From: Octopus sinensis
Taxonomy: Eukaryota
DNA length: 64,000 nucleotides
NCBI RefSeq assembly: GCF_006345805.1
Contig: NC_043005.1
Coordinates: 5,456,001-5,520,000, forward strand
Direction of reading: 5' to 3'
Made by a program: the position numbers and the translations under genes. Under the pieces are notes generated by a model. It ran no database searches, had not been told where the DNA came from, and saw nothing but the letters and a program-made list of their open reading frames with translations. Below, piece after piece: positions 40,222 through 52,701 of the stretch (position 1 is the stretch's first letter; every line of letters starts with the position of its first letter).

Positions 40222-42079
40222 CTTGTGGTACCAGTGCCGGTGGCACACAAGAATCCATCCGAACGTGGCCGTAGTCAGTACCGCATCACTCGCCATCGTG
40301 CTGTGGGCACATAACAAACACCATCCGGTCGTGGCCGTTCGCCAGCCTCATCTAGCACCTGTGTCGGTGGCACATAAAAACACCTTCCGAAGACCCGGCA
40401 AGACTAGTCAGGCCATAAACCATGGCCCCTACCTGGGACGTAGTCAGTCCACCTGTGCATACCTTCCTCCTTGTGATACTTGTGAAGGCCTGTTGAGGCA
40501 AGTGAAGATCAAAATCAAAATCAAATCAAAACAAATCAAAATAGATGAACATCAATGGAATTTGTATCTTTGTGGTACCAGTGCCGGTGGCACACAAGAG
40601 AAAACCATCCGAAAGTGGCCGTAGCCAGTACCGCATCACTGGCCATCGTGCTGTGGGCACATAACAAACACCATCCGGTCGTGGCCGTTCGCCAGCCTCA
40701 TCTAGCACCTGTGTCGGTGGCACATAAAAACACCATCCGAAGACCCGGCAAGACTAGTCAGGCCATAACCCATGGCCCCTACCTGGGACATAGTCAGTCC
40801 ACCTGTGCATACCTTCCTTCTTGTGACACTTGTGAAGACCTGTTGAGGCAAGTGAAAATCAAATCAAAACAAATCAAAATAGATGAACATCAATGGAATC
40901 TGTATCTTTGTGGTACCAGTGCCGGTGGCACACACTTTGTGGTACCAGTGCCGGTGGCACACAAGAGAACCATCCGAACGTAGCCGTAGCCAGTTCCGCA
41001 TCGACCGGCCTCCGTGCTGTGGGCACGTAACAAACACCATCCGATCATGGCCGTTCGCCAGCCTCATCTGGCACCTGTGTCGGTGGCACATAAAAACACC
41101 TTCCGAAGACCCGGCAAGACTAGTCAGTCCACCTGTGCATACCTTCCTTCTTGTGACACTTGTGAAGACCGGTTGAGGCAAGTGAAAATCAAATCAAATC
41201 AAATCAAAATAGACAAAATAGATGAACATCAATGGAATTTGTATCTTGTGGTACCAGTGCCTGTGGCACACAAGAAATCCATCAGTGCCGTAGTCAGTGC
41301 GGTGGGCACATGACAAACACCATCCGATCGTGGCCGTTCGCCAGCCTCATCTAGCACCTGTGTCGGTGGCACATAAAAACACCATCCGAAGACCCGGCAA
41401 GACTAGTCAGGCCATAACCCATGGCCCCTACCTGGGACGTAGTCAGTCCACCTGTGCATACCTTCCTTCTTGTGACACTTGTGAAGACCTGTTGAGACAA
41501 GTGAAAATCAAAACAAATCAAAATAGATGAACATCAATGGAATTTGTATCTTTGTGGTACCAGTGCCGGTGGCACGTGGCACATAAGAAAACCATCCGAA
41601 CGTGGCCGTAGCCAGTACCGCATCGACTGGCCTCCGTGCTGTGGGCACGTAACAAGCACCATCCGATCGTGGCCGTTTGCCAGCCTCATCTGGCACCTGT
41701 GTCGGTGGCACATAAAAACACCATCCGAGCGTGGCCGTCTGCCAGCCTCGTCTGGCACCTGTGTCGGTGGCACATAAAAAACACCATCCGAGCGTGGCCG
41801 TCTGCCAGCCTCGTCTGGCATCTGTGTCGGTGGCACATTAAAAAACACCATCCGAGCGTGGCCGTTTGCCAGCCTCGTCTGGCACCTGTGTCGGTGGCAC
41901 ATAAAATCACCCACTACACTCTCGGAGTGGTTGGCGTTAGGAAGGGCATCCAGCTGTAGAAACACTGCCAGATCTGACTGGACTGGTGCAGCTTCCGGGC
42001 TCCCCAGACCCCAGTTGAACCGTCCAACCCATGCTAGCATGGAAAGCGGACGTTAAATGATGATGATGATGATGATGAT
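40222..42079 (+). repeat. Hierarchical tandem array of an RTE LINE 3' UTR (about five ~310-350 bp units, ~63-bp subrepeats, (GAT)n tail)
   Basis: Units start TTGTGGTACCAGTGCC at about 40222, 40570, 40907 (27-29 bp local duplication at about 40936), 41246 and 41551. Units are reverse-complement homologous to 34361-34800; tail at about 42056-42079. Confidence 0.9.
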
Positions 42080-43389
42080 ACACACTTTGAATGTCGCAGT
42101 AGTTTATTATACTAAAACACCAAATATTTTGCTTCTGTAGTTTGTTTGTTTAGTTGTTGTGTTCTGTTTTTATTGTTTATGTCAATATGGTGTTTCTTCA
42201 ATATTTCAAAATATCATATTTTTATGAACTTTCTTTGTCAGTGAATCTGTACAAGACAAATTATGATTATGTTTGTGAGACTGTTTGTGTGTGTGCATAT
42301 CACTGTGAAAGAGAGAGACCATATGTGTATGTGTTGGTGTGAGAGAGAGATAGAGCAAGAGTGACTACATCTGTGTGTGTGTGTGTGTGTTATGTCTGTT
42401 TATTTAGTAACGATGATCTGTGACTTAAACACTAATACTTATCTATCTATCATTGTTTACTCTCCCCTTTGTGAAACAAGAATCCGTATGCAGATGATAA
42501 GGTCAGTGTGTTGATGTCACAAGTGTGCATGAGGGTGTGTGTACTCTGTACACTTTATAACTTACAAATATTTTGTTTTTTTACTTATTTTACACTTCCA
42601 TTTAACAATTACACATTTGTCATGTTTACAGTCAGGAAGATTGTGTATAAATAAGTCTCAAAATAAACACAGGAGACAAAGGAATCTTGTACATCCAGTA
42701 GCCTCTAAATCCCAGCACTATATTAGGAAGTTATTTTGATTGATGTAGAAACAGAGAATCGTACTTTAATGGTGTTAGTGATTCCATAGAACCAGTTAGT
42801 TGCGATTATAGTGGAGATAGCCACTATAATCAGAATGTGGGATAACAACCAAGAAGTTTGAGTACTGGACAGATCAGTGATTGCCTGGTCACATAGCCAA
42901 ACTCTTCTTCATGTTTTCTGATCTACCTAGCAGCTTACCTGGACAAAATAAAAAAAGAAAGAAAAAAAAAGCACTTGTGCCAGCACCACATAAAAAGCAC
43001 CCAGTACACACTGTCAGGTGGTTGGCATTGGGAAGGGCATCCAGCCATAGAAACCATGCCAAAAGAGACAATTGGTGCAGCCCTCCAGCTTACCATGGCA
43101 ACATGGAGAATTGATTTTAATGTAAACCTTTGCATTCATAAGACTGGAGCTTCATCTGGTTTCCATGGCATATAAGTGACCAAGATCACAAAGCTCCACC
43201 TGGGATGGAACATTGGTTTGGTACAAGGTTAACTCCCCAGCTTTTGCTGGAGCTCATTTACAGATGAGTGGACCCAAGCAAAAAGGAAGTGTTCTACTAG
43301 TGCTTGTAGTAGTAATGACTCCTTTCAGTGTATGAATGTTATTCTTTTATTATAACTTGAACAACAATTATTTTTAGTGAGTATTTCTA

Positions 43390-44810
43390 TTATTATTATT
43401 AGGTGGTGAGGTAAAATGCATAGTGGCATTTCATCGGTCTTTATGATCTGAGTTCAAATTCTGCTGAGGTTGACATTGCCTTTCATCCTTTCGGGGTCAA
43501 TAAATTAAGAACCAGTCAACTACTGGGGTCGATATAATCGACTATGCACCTCCTCACAAATTCCAGACTTTGTGCCTATAGTGGAAAGGATTTTTATTAT
43601 TCAGAGAGCGCATGGCCTAATGGTTAGGGTGTTGCACTCATGATTGCTAGATCATGATTTCAATTCCTAGACCTAGACCTGGTGGTGCATTGTGTTCTTG
43701 AGCAAAACACTTCATCTCATGTTGCTCTGCAGTCACTTTGACACCTGGTATATAGTGCACCTGTTCAGACAATGTCGATTTGATGGAGGGAGTGAGCTAA
43801 TGTGCAGGTATGAACATTTGATCACTATAAACAAATCATTTGTGCAGGTCATTCGGCAAAAGCTGAACACTTGTACATCATCTTCAGGGGGAGAGAGTTC
43901 ATTATTATTATTATTAAGGCAGGGAGCTGGCAGAATTGGTAACAAACTGGGCAAAAATGATTAGCAACATTTTATCCATCTTTATGTTCTGAGTTCAAAT
44001 TCCGCTGAGGTTGACTTTGCATCCTTCTGGGGTTGATAAACTAAGTACCAGTTGATAAAAATAAGTACAAGTCAATGTAATTGACTAACCTCCTCCCCCA
44101 AGATTTCAGGCCTTGTGCCTATAATAGAAAGGATTGTCATTTCTCCTGAGTTATCTATGTCATGCCTCAGGATGTCTGCTCCATCCCACAGCTTAGAGAT
44201 TATTATTATTATTATTAAGGTAGCAAGCTGGAAGAATCATCATTAGCATGGTAGACAAAATGCTGTTAGGCATTTTATCAATCTTTCCTTTCTGAATTCA
44301 GATTCCACTGATGTTGATTTTTGTCTTTCATTTCTTTGAGGTTGATGAAAGAAGTACCAGTTAAGCACTGGGGTTGATGTAATGGACTTACTCCTTCCTC
44401 CTGAAACTGCTGACCTCGTACCAAAGTTTGATGCTATTATTATTATTATTACAGTATTTCGTCTGCCGCTGCGTTGAGAGTTCAAATTCTGCCATGGTTG
44501 ACTTTGCCTTTCATCTTTTCGGGGTCGATAAATTAAGTACCAGTGACGCACTGGGGTCGATGTAATTGACTTAATCCGTTTGTCTGTACTTGCTTGTCCC
44601 CTCTATGTTTAGCCCCTTGTGGGCAATAAAGAAATAGGTATTTCACCTTTCTTTAAGTTCTGAGTTTAAATTCCACCAAGGTTGACTTTGCCTTTTATCC
44701 TTTCAGGGTCGATAAAATAAGTACCAATCATGCACTAGGGTCAATGTAATTGACTTAATCCCTTCCCTCAAATTCGAGGCCTTGTGCTTCGAGTAGAAAG
44801 GATTATTATT
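43390..44810 (+). mobile_element. Chain of about six tRNA-derived SINEs (family A plus one other family at about 43605-43870)
   Basis: Repeated core GACTTTGCCTTTCATCCTTTCGGGGTC; copies are joined by (ATT)n tracts. Confidence 0.8.
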
Positions 44811-44848
44811 TATTTATATATTTATTTATTTTTCAATTTCTTCCCCAG

Positions 44849-45015
44849 GTCTCAAAAAACCGAAGCAAGAGAACATCGTCAATGAATCTCTGGTTGGAAG
44901 AAAAGGTGTTCCTACCAGGTTTACAACATACACTCCTTATCCATTCTCTAAACAAGATGGATTAGTTTCAAATGTAATTTCTGTAGATAAAAATTTGCCT
45001 CTTGAACAAGGCTGA
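44849..45015 (+). CDS. Sulf1: Probable terminal coding exon of the Sulf gene, (S)LKKPKQENIVNESLVGRKGVPTRFTTYTPYPFSKQDGLVSNVISVDKNLPLEQG*
   Basis: Strong acceptor tttcaatttcttccccag, phase 1 matching the previous exon, open to TGA at 45013-45015 (followed by TAG), then a long repeat-poor AT-rich region. No homology recognised for this tail. Confidence 0.65.
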
Positions 45016-48000
45016 TAGGAGAAGGTTTCAGTATGAGGTGGTGCAATTTATTCTATTTTGTTTGTTAGTTAGTTATTTTCCCAACTATTCTTGATGCTTC
45101 CCATAAACCATAATTGCCTCTTTTACTCTTGGATTTTCATTTCTAAGACTATAATTGTTTTTTTATGCAATAATTTCTTTTTTTTTTTCACTTTTACAGG
45201 AGAAAAAATTTCAATTTTTTTTTTTTTTTTTTGTTAATGAAAAATCTTAAAAGATTTCTTCATTGTATATTTTTACAGCATGTCAATATTTCATGTTTAA
45301 AGAAAGTGGTATAGACAGCTTTTAGAGAGGAGAGCACTGGGACTAGATGCTTTACTGTAAATTTGTTTGCTCCATCACTAATATTGTTCAAAGTTTGAAA
45401 TCTGAATTCCCACCAGGGCCAACTTTGCCTTTCACCCTTTCTTGAAGGTTGATAAAATAAAGTACCAGTATTAGACTAGAGTCAAATTAATTGAATTTAC
45501 TTGAAAAAAAAAGCAAAAAAAAAAAAGCAAGAATTTGATATTTCATGTAAGGAGGACTGGAAACTAATCTTTTAATGTCACTATCTTTTACTCATCCACC
45601 ATCCATCCATCCATTTATCTATCTGTGTCTTCTTTTTTTCCTTCCTTCTATTCCCTTGTCCAATAACAGCAATTTGTCAGTAAATATTGTGTTGAAATAA
45701 TGATTGATCAAAACGGTTTTGTTTGGTATGAAACATTAAGAAAAATCTATTTTTGTTTTTATCAACTTCACTGAAAATCTTTTATTTACTTGTCTTCTTA
45801 ACCCACTGACTTTTGTTTTTATATCCATTATAAAGAGTCTTTAAAACTTACTATCTCTATATGGAAATATAAGTTACTTCTGTACCAGTTTATATCTTGG
45901 CTGTTCACTCAGAAATTTAATATATTCACGGTTACATTCTTGCTAGAAGAAACTATTAGAGTGTGACTCGAGTGACTAAGGTCACCACTTGCTGTTAAAT
46001 TAGATGTTTTACGAATTAGTCTATCTATAAACTATCATAACTTTAAAAAAAAATTTGACTTCCTCCTTACCTATTGTTGAATTCATATCAAAAATACGAT
46101 CCTTTTGAGAACCAACCTACAGAAGAATGTTCAAAGTTCATTAATAAAAAAAACTGCTTGTTTTAAAGTGTTTATATACAAATTAAAACTCATCATTTTT
46201 ATGCAACTTTTGGTTAATTATGTTCCAAACATCAGCTTAATACCAATAAATATTTTAGTAAATATTTTGTTAGTAAATCATTCTAGATCCTTTAATAATT
46301 TAAAGAAATTAATTATAAAATATTGTCATAGAAGGCTTAAATTTTCTTTCCAGCATACAAATAATTACAATTTAGCAACACCTTTCCAGTAAGTTCCATA
46401 ATTATCTACCTTAGTTTTATGTTGGATCATAGATTGAAGCCCTAAGAAAAATGAATTATCAAGGTTAAAATTCGCAAGACGCTCTTCTTTTCTTTGTATC
46501 CATAATTTTCTGGCTAAAAGTATCTTTCCCCAGAAATTATATAATATCTAGAGAATAATTTATTTAAATGAATCTAAACAATAACATATTCGTTCATTCT
46601 CAGTGCATTCTGGCAGATTTGAACACCAATATCTGATTGTTGTGTTCTTTTAATGGCAACAATCAGATATTCCTATTGAATCTGCCAGAACATATTAAGA
46701 ATGAATTATTGTTTGGATCCACACTGTTCTATAGGCACTCCATCAAGTTTTGTTTGGTAAACATTAGCGGAAACCAGCAAATGATTTGTTTGCTGATTCC
46801 TATGAACAAGAGCCAGTGCACTTGTTAAATTCATTGGTTCAGTGGGGTAGCTTTGACTGATGAGACATGATAAGTTTGAAACACCAAAGTAATCTCATAG
46901 TTCCCTTACACCAGTGAATTGTATGTGTTATGAGCACACATTGTCTAAAGGGAGATGTTCCCTCATGCCAAACAACAGTAATCAGACATTCACATTCGAA
47001 TTTGCCAGAACATAATAAGAATGAATAGAAATTAAGAAAATTATCTAAATTAAAAATTCCATCAAAAGTTCAGGTTAGTTAATATTTTCCAAAACCAGTT
47101 TATTAACGACAATTATTTTACTAAATTCTTCATTATTTTCAAAATTGATACAAAAGCAATGTTTCAACAGAAATATGATAACAAAACACTTACACAGACT
47201 TATGTTCAAAGGTATCCCAGCCATGACTATCCAGTCACTTTTTTGATCACAGTAAACCCCAGATTACATCATCCAATGATGGTAGACTTTGGTTTAACCC
47301 TTTTGCACGAGATTGCTCCTAGTTCTACGATACAAACTTCCTGTTTTTAAAGTGATCTAAATTAAACACTTCCATCAGAATTTCCTGTTAGTTTATGCTT
47401 CAAACATCAACTTAATAATGGCAAAGTTATTTTAGTAAATTCTTCATTACTGTCAAGATTAATTGATACGGAGGCAGCGTTTCAAAAGAAATATGATAAC
47501 AAAAGGGTTAAAGGAAGTATTAAATTTAAGTACTGTAAAGGTGATGATTGTTTGATCTGAAATCTTGAGATTCTCGTTTCAGACTTTAGTTTATCTGACG
47601 AGGTGTTAAAGAAATTAAGATAGTATCAGCACATGACGAGGCTATATTAAATTCAACATGGTGGAGAGCTGTTATCTTATAGCTATGAAGAACTATTCGG
47701 ATTTATGCTAACAATTTGGTTGCACAAATCATCATACTTAGGAACCCTAAGTAACTCTAAATGTAAAATCGGTTTTTATAACACTACTACAATTAGTCTA
47801 ATACTAGTTTGCTTTAAATAGCAAAACTGCAAAAAAGTTCTCTCTCTGATGGTCTGTTCCTCATTACAGTGTATAATGAATGTTTTTAGGTGACAGATTT
47901 AAGATTAAACCAAAATATGATAAAATAAATGAAAAGCAACATCAAAAAATGCAATTAAGTCCTAATTACTTAATATCAGTTAGTTCTTTGATCTTTCTAT

Positions 48001-49200
48001 TTTTTGTTTTAAGGTGTCTGTCAAATGATTATTAGAAGCAACCATTAAGATAATTTTCTTATTAATTAATTGTAAGCATTTCTTCATCAACATTCAGAAG
48101 AAGCTTGATGTAAAAAAACAAAAAAATGTTCACAGTGCAATGATAAACCAATTATGTGTATTAATTATAAGTATCTGAAAATATATAATATTAGTATTTT
48201 TTTTTTTGTTCCATTTAACTAATTCCAGCTCCTTGGTTACTTTCAAGGATTATGTAAACAGTCACTTTTAGGATTGCTGTAAAAATAAAATAAAATAAAA
48301 TAAAATATTCTGCATGACAGATAGTGTATTGGGTTAACGCCAGTTTGGAATTAGAAAACTGAACAAAAGAAGAAAAATCAAAAGCCAATCATATGATTGA
48401 AACCAATTGATTAATAATAGTTAATGCCGAACTATCAAAATGTTATGTAATAGGAAGGCTGCTGATTATTAAATGACGATCTTAAAAATACAAACAAATC
48501 AATGATTAGTATGTAATTTGGGGCAAAATGTGGGAGTTTTATAAATATATATACATATATATATTTTTACATATACAAATATGCTGTTGATATTTTTTTT
48601 CTTGGTTTCTCACAGCCAATAATTTTTTATATTATATAAATTTTTTTATTATTATTATAATTATTTTAAAAATTCTGTAAAAATACCATTGTAATTGTTT
48701 TTTTTATATTTGTATTTAAATGTGAACTCTACATATCTTTAAAACAAAAGAAATTTAACTTTTTTTTTTTTGCATTGCGATATTGAAAATAAAAATGTGA
48801 TTTTTTTTTTAAGAATTCCATGTAATTTTCATTATTGATGTTTGAAGATCTCTTTTTTTTTTTTTGAGTTGAAAACTACTAAAAATTAATTCAAATGAAA
48901 TTATTATTCCCAAATGTCTACTTTGTTTCTTGTTGTTGACGAACTGTGTGAAGGTTGTATAAGAGGTAAATGCTTTAATATACAATTCCTCACAAATAAA
49001 ATGGTGCTGAGGGCTCCATTCAATTTAATGCTTCTTTTTTAATATCTTGTCCCTTTTTTTTTTTTCAGTAACAAATAATTTTGTTGTTGACTACACTGCC
49101 CCTCCCCCCTGTTTGGTTAACAGATTAATGGATTATATGTTTTGCTTTGTTAGTGGACATGGTCCTGTTTTAAAATAATAAAAGCAACTAATGAAGACTA
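45016..49200 (+). other. Sulf1: Putative long 3' UTR of the Sulf gene
   Basis: Repeat-poor relative to the introns, U-rich tracts, several AATAAA hexamers (e.g. about 48285-48300 and 48995-49000). The end point is not determinable. Confidence 0.4.
47294..47511. mobile_element. Complete TTAA-bounded MITE (family E)
   Basis: TTAACCCTTTTG...CAAAAGGGTTAA perfect terminal inverted repeat. Confidence 0.8.
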
Positions 49201-50439
49201 ACTTGTCAAGCATACTCATGTTAACTTGATTGTCAGTTAAATCCAGACAATATATTATTGACAATAAGTCACTTTCATTTTCAGGTTTCCTTCTGCTATT
49301 TCTGTGTCACCATTTATTGCCACAATAGGGGCAATATCACTTGTTGCAGTGCTAAGCCATAAATATTGCATTGTACTTTCTATGCACATTTCTCAGCAGC
49401 TTTGTACATTTTGCATTTCAACAACAACTTGAGAAAGCCTCTTTCATGTCTGCCTTGGCTCAAGGGAATTCACTGAGGAAGATTTCCTACACAAATGTTT
49501 GCAAGAAAAGTAATATCCCCCCCCCCTGGTCAGGTAAGTTTTCACAGAAGATGCACTATCTGTATAACGTTAATGATTCCGATCAAGGGAGAGAAGTCCG
49601 AAGTTCAAATTAAATATTGAGCAGAAGGAGGTGAGATACAATGTTGAATAAATCTGACCTTAGGCAACAACCTAAGGCAACAACTACCGCTACGGTTCAG
49701 TAGGATCTGAAATGGCTTAAACAGAAATTACCTTAGGATGTCTTCTAAATGAAGTCTAGTATTTCACTCGGTGTCCACTTTCAAGTGCATAATTCATGCT
49801 TAAAAAGAAAAGAATTTAGTGTCTGTAGTAGAAAGAAATATGTAATGAAAGTAGTAGAGATGAATTAAAAATTACATAGAAATTAATACATGGGTAGTAA
49901 ATTAACATCGTGAGGACACTTTAAAAACTATCAAAAGTAATGCAGAAGTAAGTTGCCTCCCCTTATTCAGAGTAATTTACAGTTATCTCCCATGAAAATA
50001 TGATTCAAATTACGGGAGATAACTGCGCTGGTTACGGCTGCTACTTCCAAGCTAAGTCATAAAAAGCACACTGAATAAGGAATACAAGATAGCCACATCT
50101 GGAATACTTTCTAATCTGTTTCTAAAGCGTTAAGTCTTTCTTCAATACTTTCAATTTCCCGTTTATCACCCTCGTTTATATTACGTAAGTAAAATTCAGT
50201 CTAATTTTCAGGTCTGCAGAGAAGCAGCAGTAGGTGCTGACTTGTGACTAAACAACAACTCTAGGCTTCAGCAATTCTGAACATGAAAGTTTCCAAATAC
50301 CATGGCTCTGCACGATTTTTTTCTTGTAGCAACACCAAAGGAAGGTTAACCAGGAAGACAGCTTTCATGTGCACCACAGATGCTCAGAAAACAGATTCCA
50401 TCACATGCCAGGGGGGGGGAGAGAAACTTAGTAGTTGAT

Positions 50440-51350
50440 AGCTTCCGCTACCTAAGTGACCAAGCCTGTAGTGGGAACCACTAGAATAAGAATAGCCTGG
50501 GCAAAGTTTAGAAAGCTCCTACCTCTACTGGTGACAAAGAGCCCCTTGCTCAGAGTGAAAGGTAGATTGTACCATGCATGTGTGGGAACTGCCATGCTTC
50601 ACGGCAGTGAAACATGGGCCATGACTGCTGAAGACATGCAAAGGTTCGAAAGAAACGAAGCTAGCATAATCCGCTGGATGTGTAATGTCAGTGTGCAGAC
50701 ACGACAGAGAGAAATGTTGGGCATAAGAAGCATCAGATGTGGTGTGCAAGAGAGACATTTGCATTGGTATGGTCATGTACCATGGATGGATGAGGAGAGC
50801 TGTGTGACGAAATGCCATTCCCAAACATGGAATGAGGTGGTGAAGCATGATCTTTGAACGTTGGGCCTCACAGAGGCAATGACAAAAGACTGAGATCTCT
50901 GGAGGTATGCTGTGACTGAGAACATCCGGCAAATAAAGTGAGATCACAGCTGTAACCTACACCAGTGTTGCATAACCAGCCCACTCAAAGTACCTTGGAT
51001 CGTAGGGTAACATGCTATGCTTGAGAAGACCTATTGAGTCAAGTATATCAACTTCAAAATCAAATCAAATCAAATCACAATCAAATGGAAATTGTGGTTG
51101 TGATTCCCGTGCAGGTAGCACGTAAAAAGCAGCATCCGAACATGGTCAATGCCAGCCCCCTCTGGCCCCTGTGCTGGTGGCATGTAAAAAGCACCCACTA
51201 CACTCTCGGAGTGATTGGTAGTAGGAAGGGCATCCAGCTGTAGAAACACTGCCAGATCAGACTGGGGCCTGGTGCAGCCACCTGGCTTCCCAGACCCCGG
51301 TCGAACCATCCAACCCATGCCAGCATGGAAAATAGACGTTAAACGATGAT
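50440..51350 (+). mobile_element. 5'-truncated RTE-clade LINE (RT C-terminus plus 3' UTR)
   Basis: TRIRIAWAKFRKLLPLLVTK..VKGRLYHACVGTAMLHGSETWAM..RHLHWYGHV..TWNEVVKHDL, then a 3' UTR ending GTTAAACGATGAT. Confidence 0.9.
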
Positions 51351-52438
51351 AGTGATTATGTCTACAAGTAATAGAAACACTGAATATAAAAAATTTGCCC
51401 CAAAGTTGCTATTGGAAAGATAAGTAAGAAAAAAAATTGGTTTTTAAGTATTATTAACTTATCCATTTTAAAAACAAACTATATTTTAATTAAGCTTAAA
51501 TGATAGAGCTCAATTCAAAGAATTTCATGGTATCACTCTCATGCAATGAAGTTTTAAAAGAAAAAAGTTATGAGTGTGATAATATAGTTCTATACTTTTT
51601 TACGAATATAATTCTATAAAGGGGACTTTTATATGTCACCAGTAAGGACATAATTATCAACGACACCGCTATTTGACACATTATTAATTAGCATAAGAGC
51701 ATAGCCTGGAAAAAAACATGGATTACATGGAAAAATGCGACCAAGAGGAATAATATTCTTAACATTATAAACCTGGAAAATTACAGGACAACTTATTTAC
51801 ATCTGGTAAAGTACAGAACAAGAAAATTCTTAATATCAAAAAAAGGGGGTAAGAGTGAAATTTGGTGGATGGAAGATGGAAACTGGAAGCCAAAAAAAGA
51901 AACACTGTTTTCCAATGCTTGACTTTATTTAGTGTTTGGTTTAAAGCCACCACCTAAATTTTGGGAATCAATGAATTTCCTCAACTCTGTTACAAATATG
52001 AGCCGAATGCCTAGTCTCAGGATAACTTCTTCACACCTCCCATTACTCTTGGAGGCCCTAAAAGAAGTGTCAAGGGTATACCTTCTCCTCCATCTAAGCC
52101 ATATCAAAATTTTATGGCTGAGTTTTAAAGCAGAGGTTGCTAGAAATATGTAATATATTGGATTCAAGAACTATCTTAAAGAGCAAAAGCTTCCTGCATG
52201 GTTTCACATTTCATAGGTAGTTTGATCTATTTTCCTTCCAAGCTTTGTTTTTTTTTACCTAATATATTTCATATTCAAATTTTTTATATGATGATGACTC
52301 CTGAATTTTATCTATGGTAGCAAAAACATATTACTAAAGTTACCTGTCATAATCAAGAGGTATTAAATGCAAAACATTCAGTTGGTTACCTGTTATCAAG
52401 ACAATATCAGACAAACCAACATACCAAAATCTAAAAGC

Positions 52439-52701
52439 TCAGAGATGGATGGTTGTCGAGGGCCTCAGAGTAGAGTTGTTCAACCTGTGTGTCTGTTTCT
52501 TAGAATCTGTTTTTGGTCTGCAGTAATCCATTTCCTGTTTCCATCCTGGGATATAGCTGTTCTTTAACCTCAGCTCAAGGAGTCTTTGCTCTTCAAAAAC
52601 ATTCCGTCCATTAGCCAACCAGAAATGACCAGACTGTAGATGAACATATTTTCCTTCTACACTTGTTTTCACACCAATCTTGGAATCAGAAGGGATTTCA
52701 T
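52439..52701 (-). CDS. Terminal coding exon of an uncharacterised minus-strand gene, (Y)EIPSDSKIGVKTSVEGKYVHLQSGHFWLANGRNVFEEQRLLELRLKNSYIPGWKQEMDYCRPKTDSKKQTHRLNNSTLRPSTTIHL*
   Basis: Minus acceptor ttttttaattaatcctttttcag, phase 1 matching the exon at 56935-56751; 87 codons to TGA. Confidence 0.75.

Noticed and set aside
40133-42040. Multiple 100-170 aa ORFs and a CRISPR-like look of the ~63-bp repeats
   Set aside because: The repeats lack unique spacers, there are no cas genes, the context is eukaryotic, and the sequence is homologous to an RTE 3' UTR. The ORFs reflect GC-rich tandem units.
47594-47625. CTGACGAG...GAAA hammerhead-like words
   Set aside because: No stem II or stem III can form; likely chance.
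51925-52167. Overlapping ORFs on both strands with a phase-1 minus acceptor near 52140
   Set aside because: The exon at 52701-52439 has a better acceptor and supplies the stop; this region is more simply the 3' UTR of the minus-strand gene. An alternative terminal exon cannot be fully excluded.
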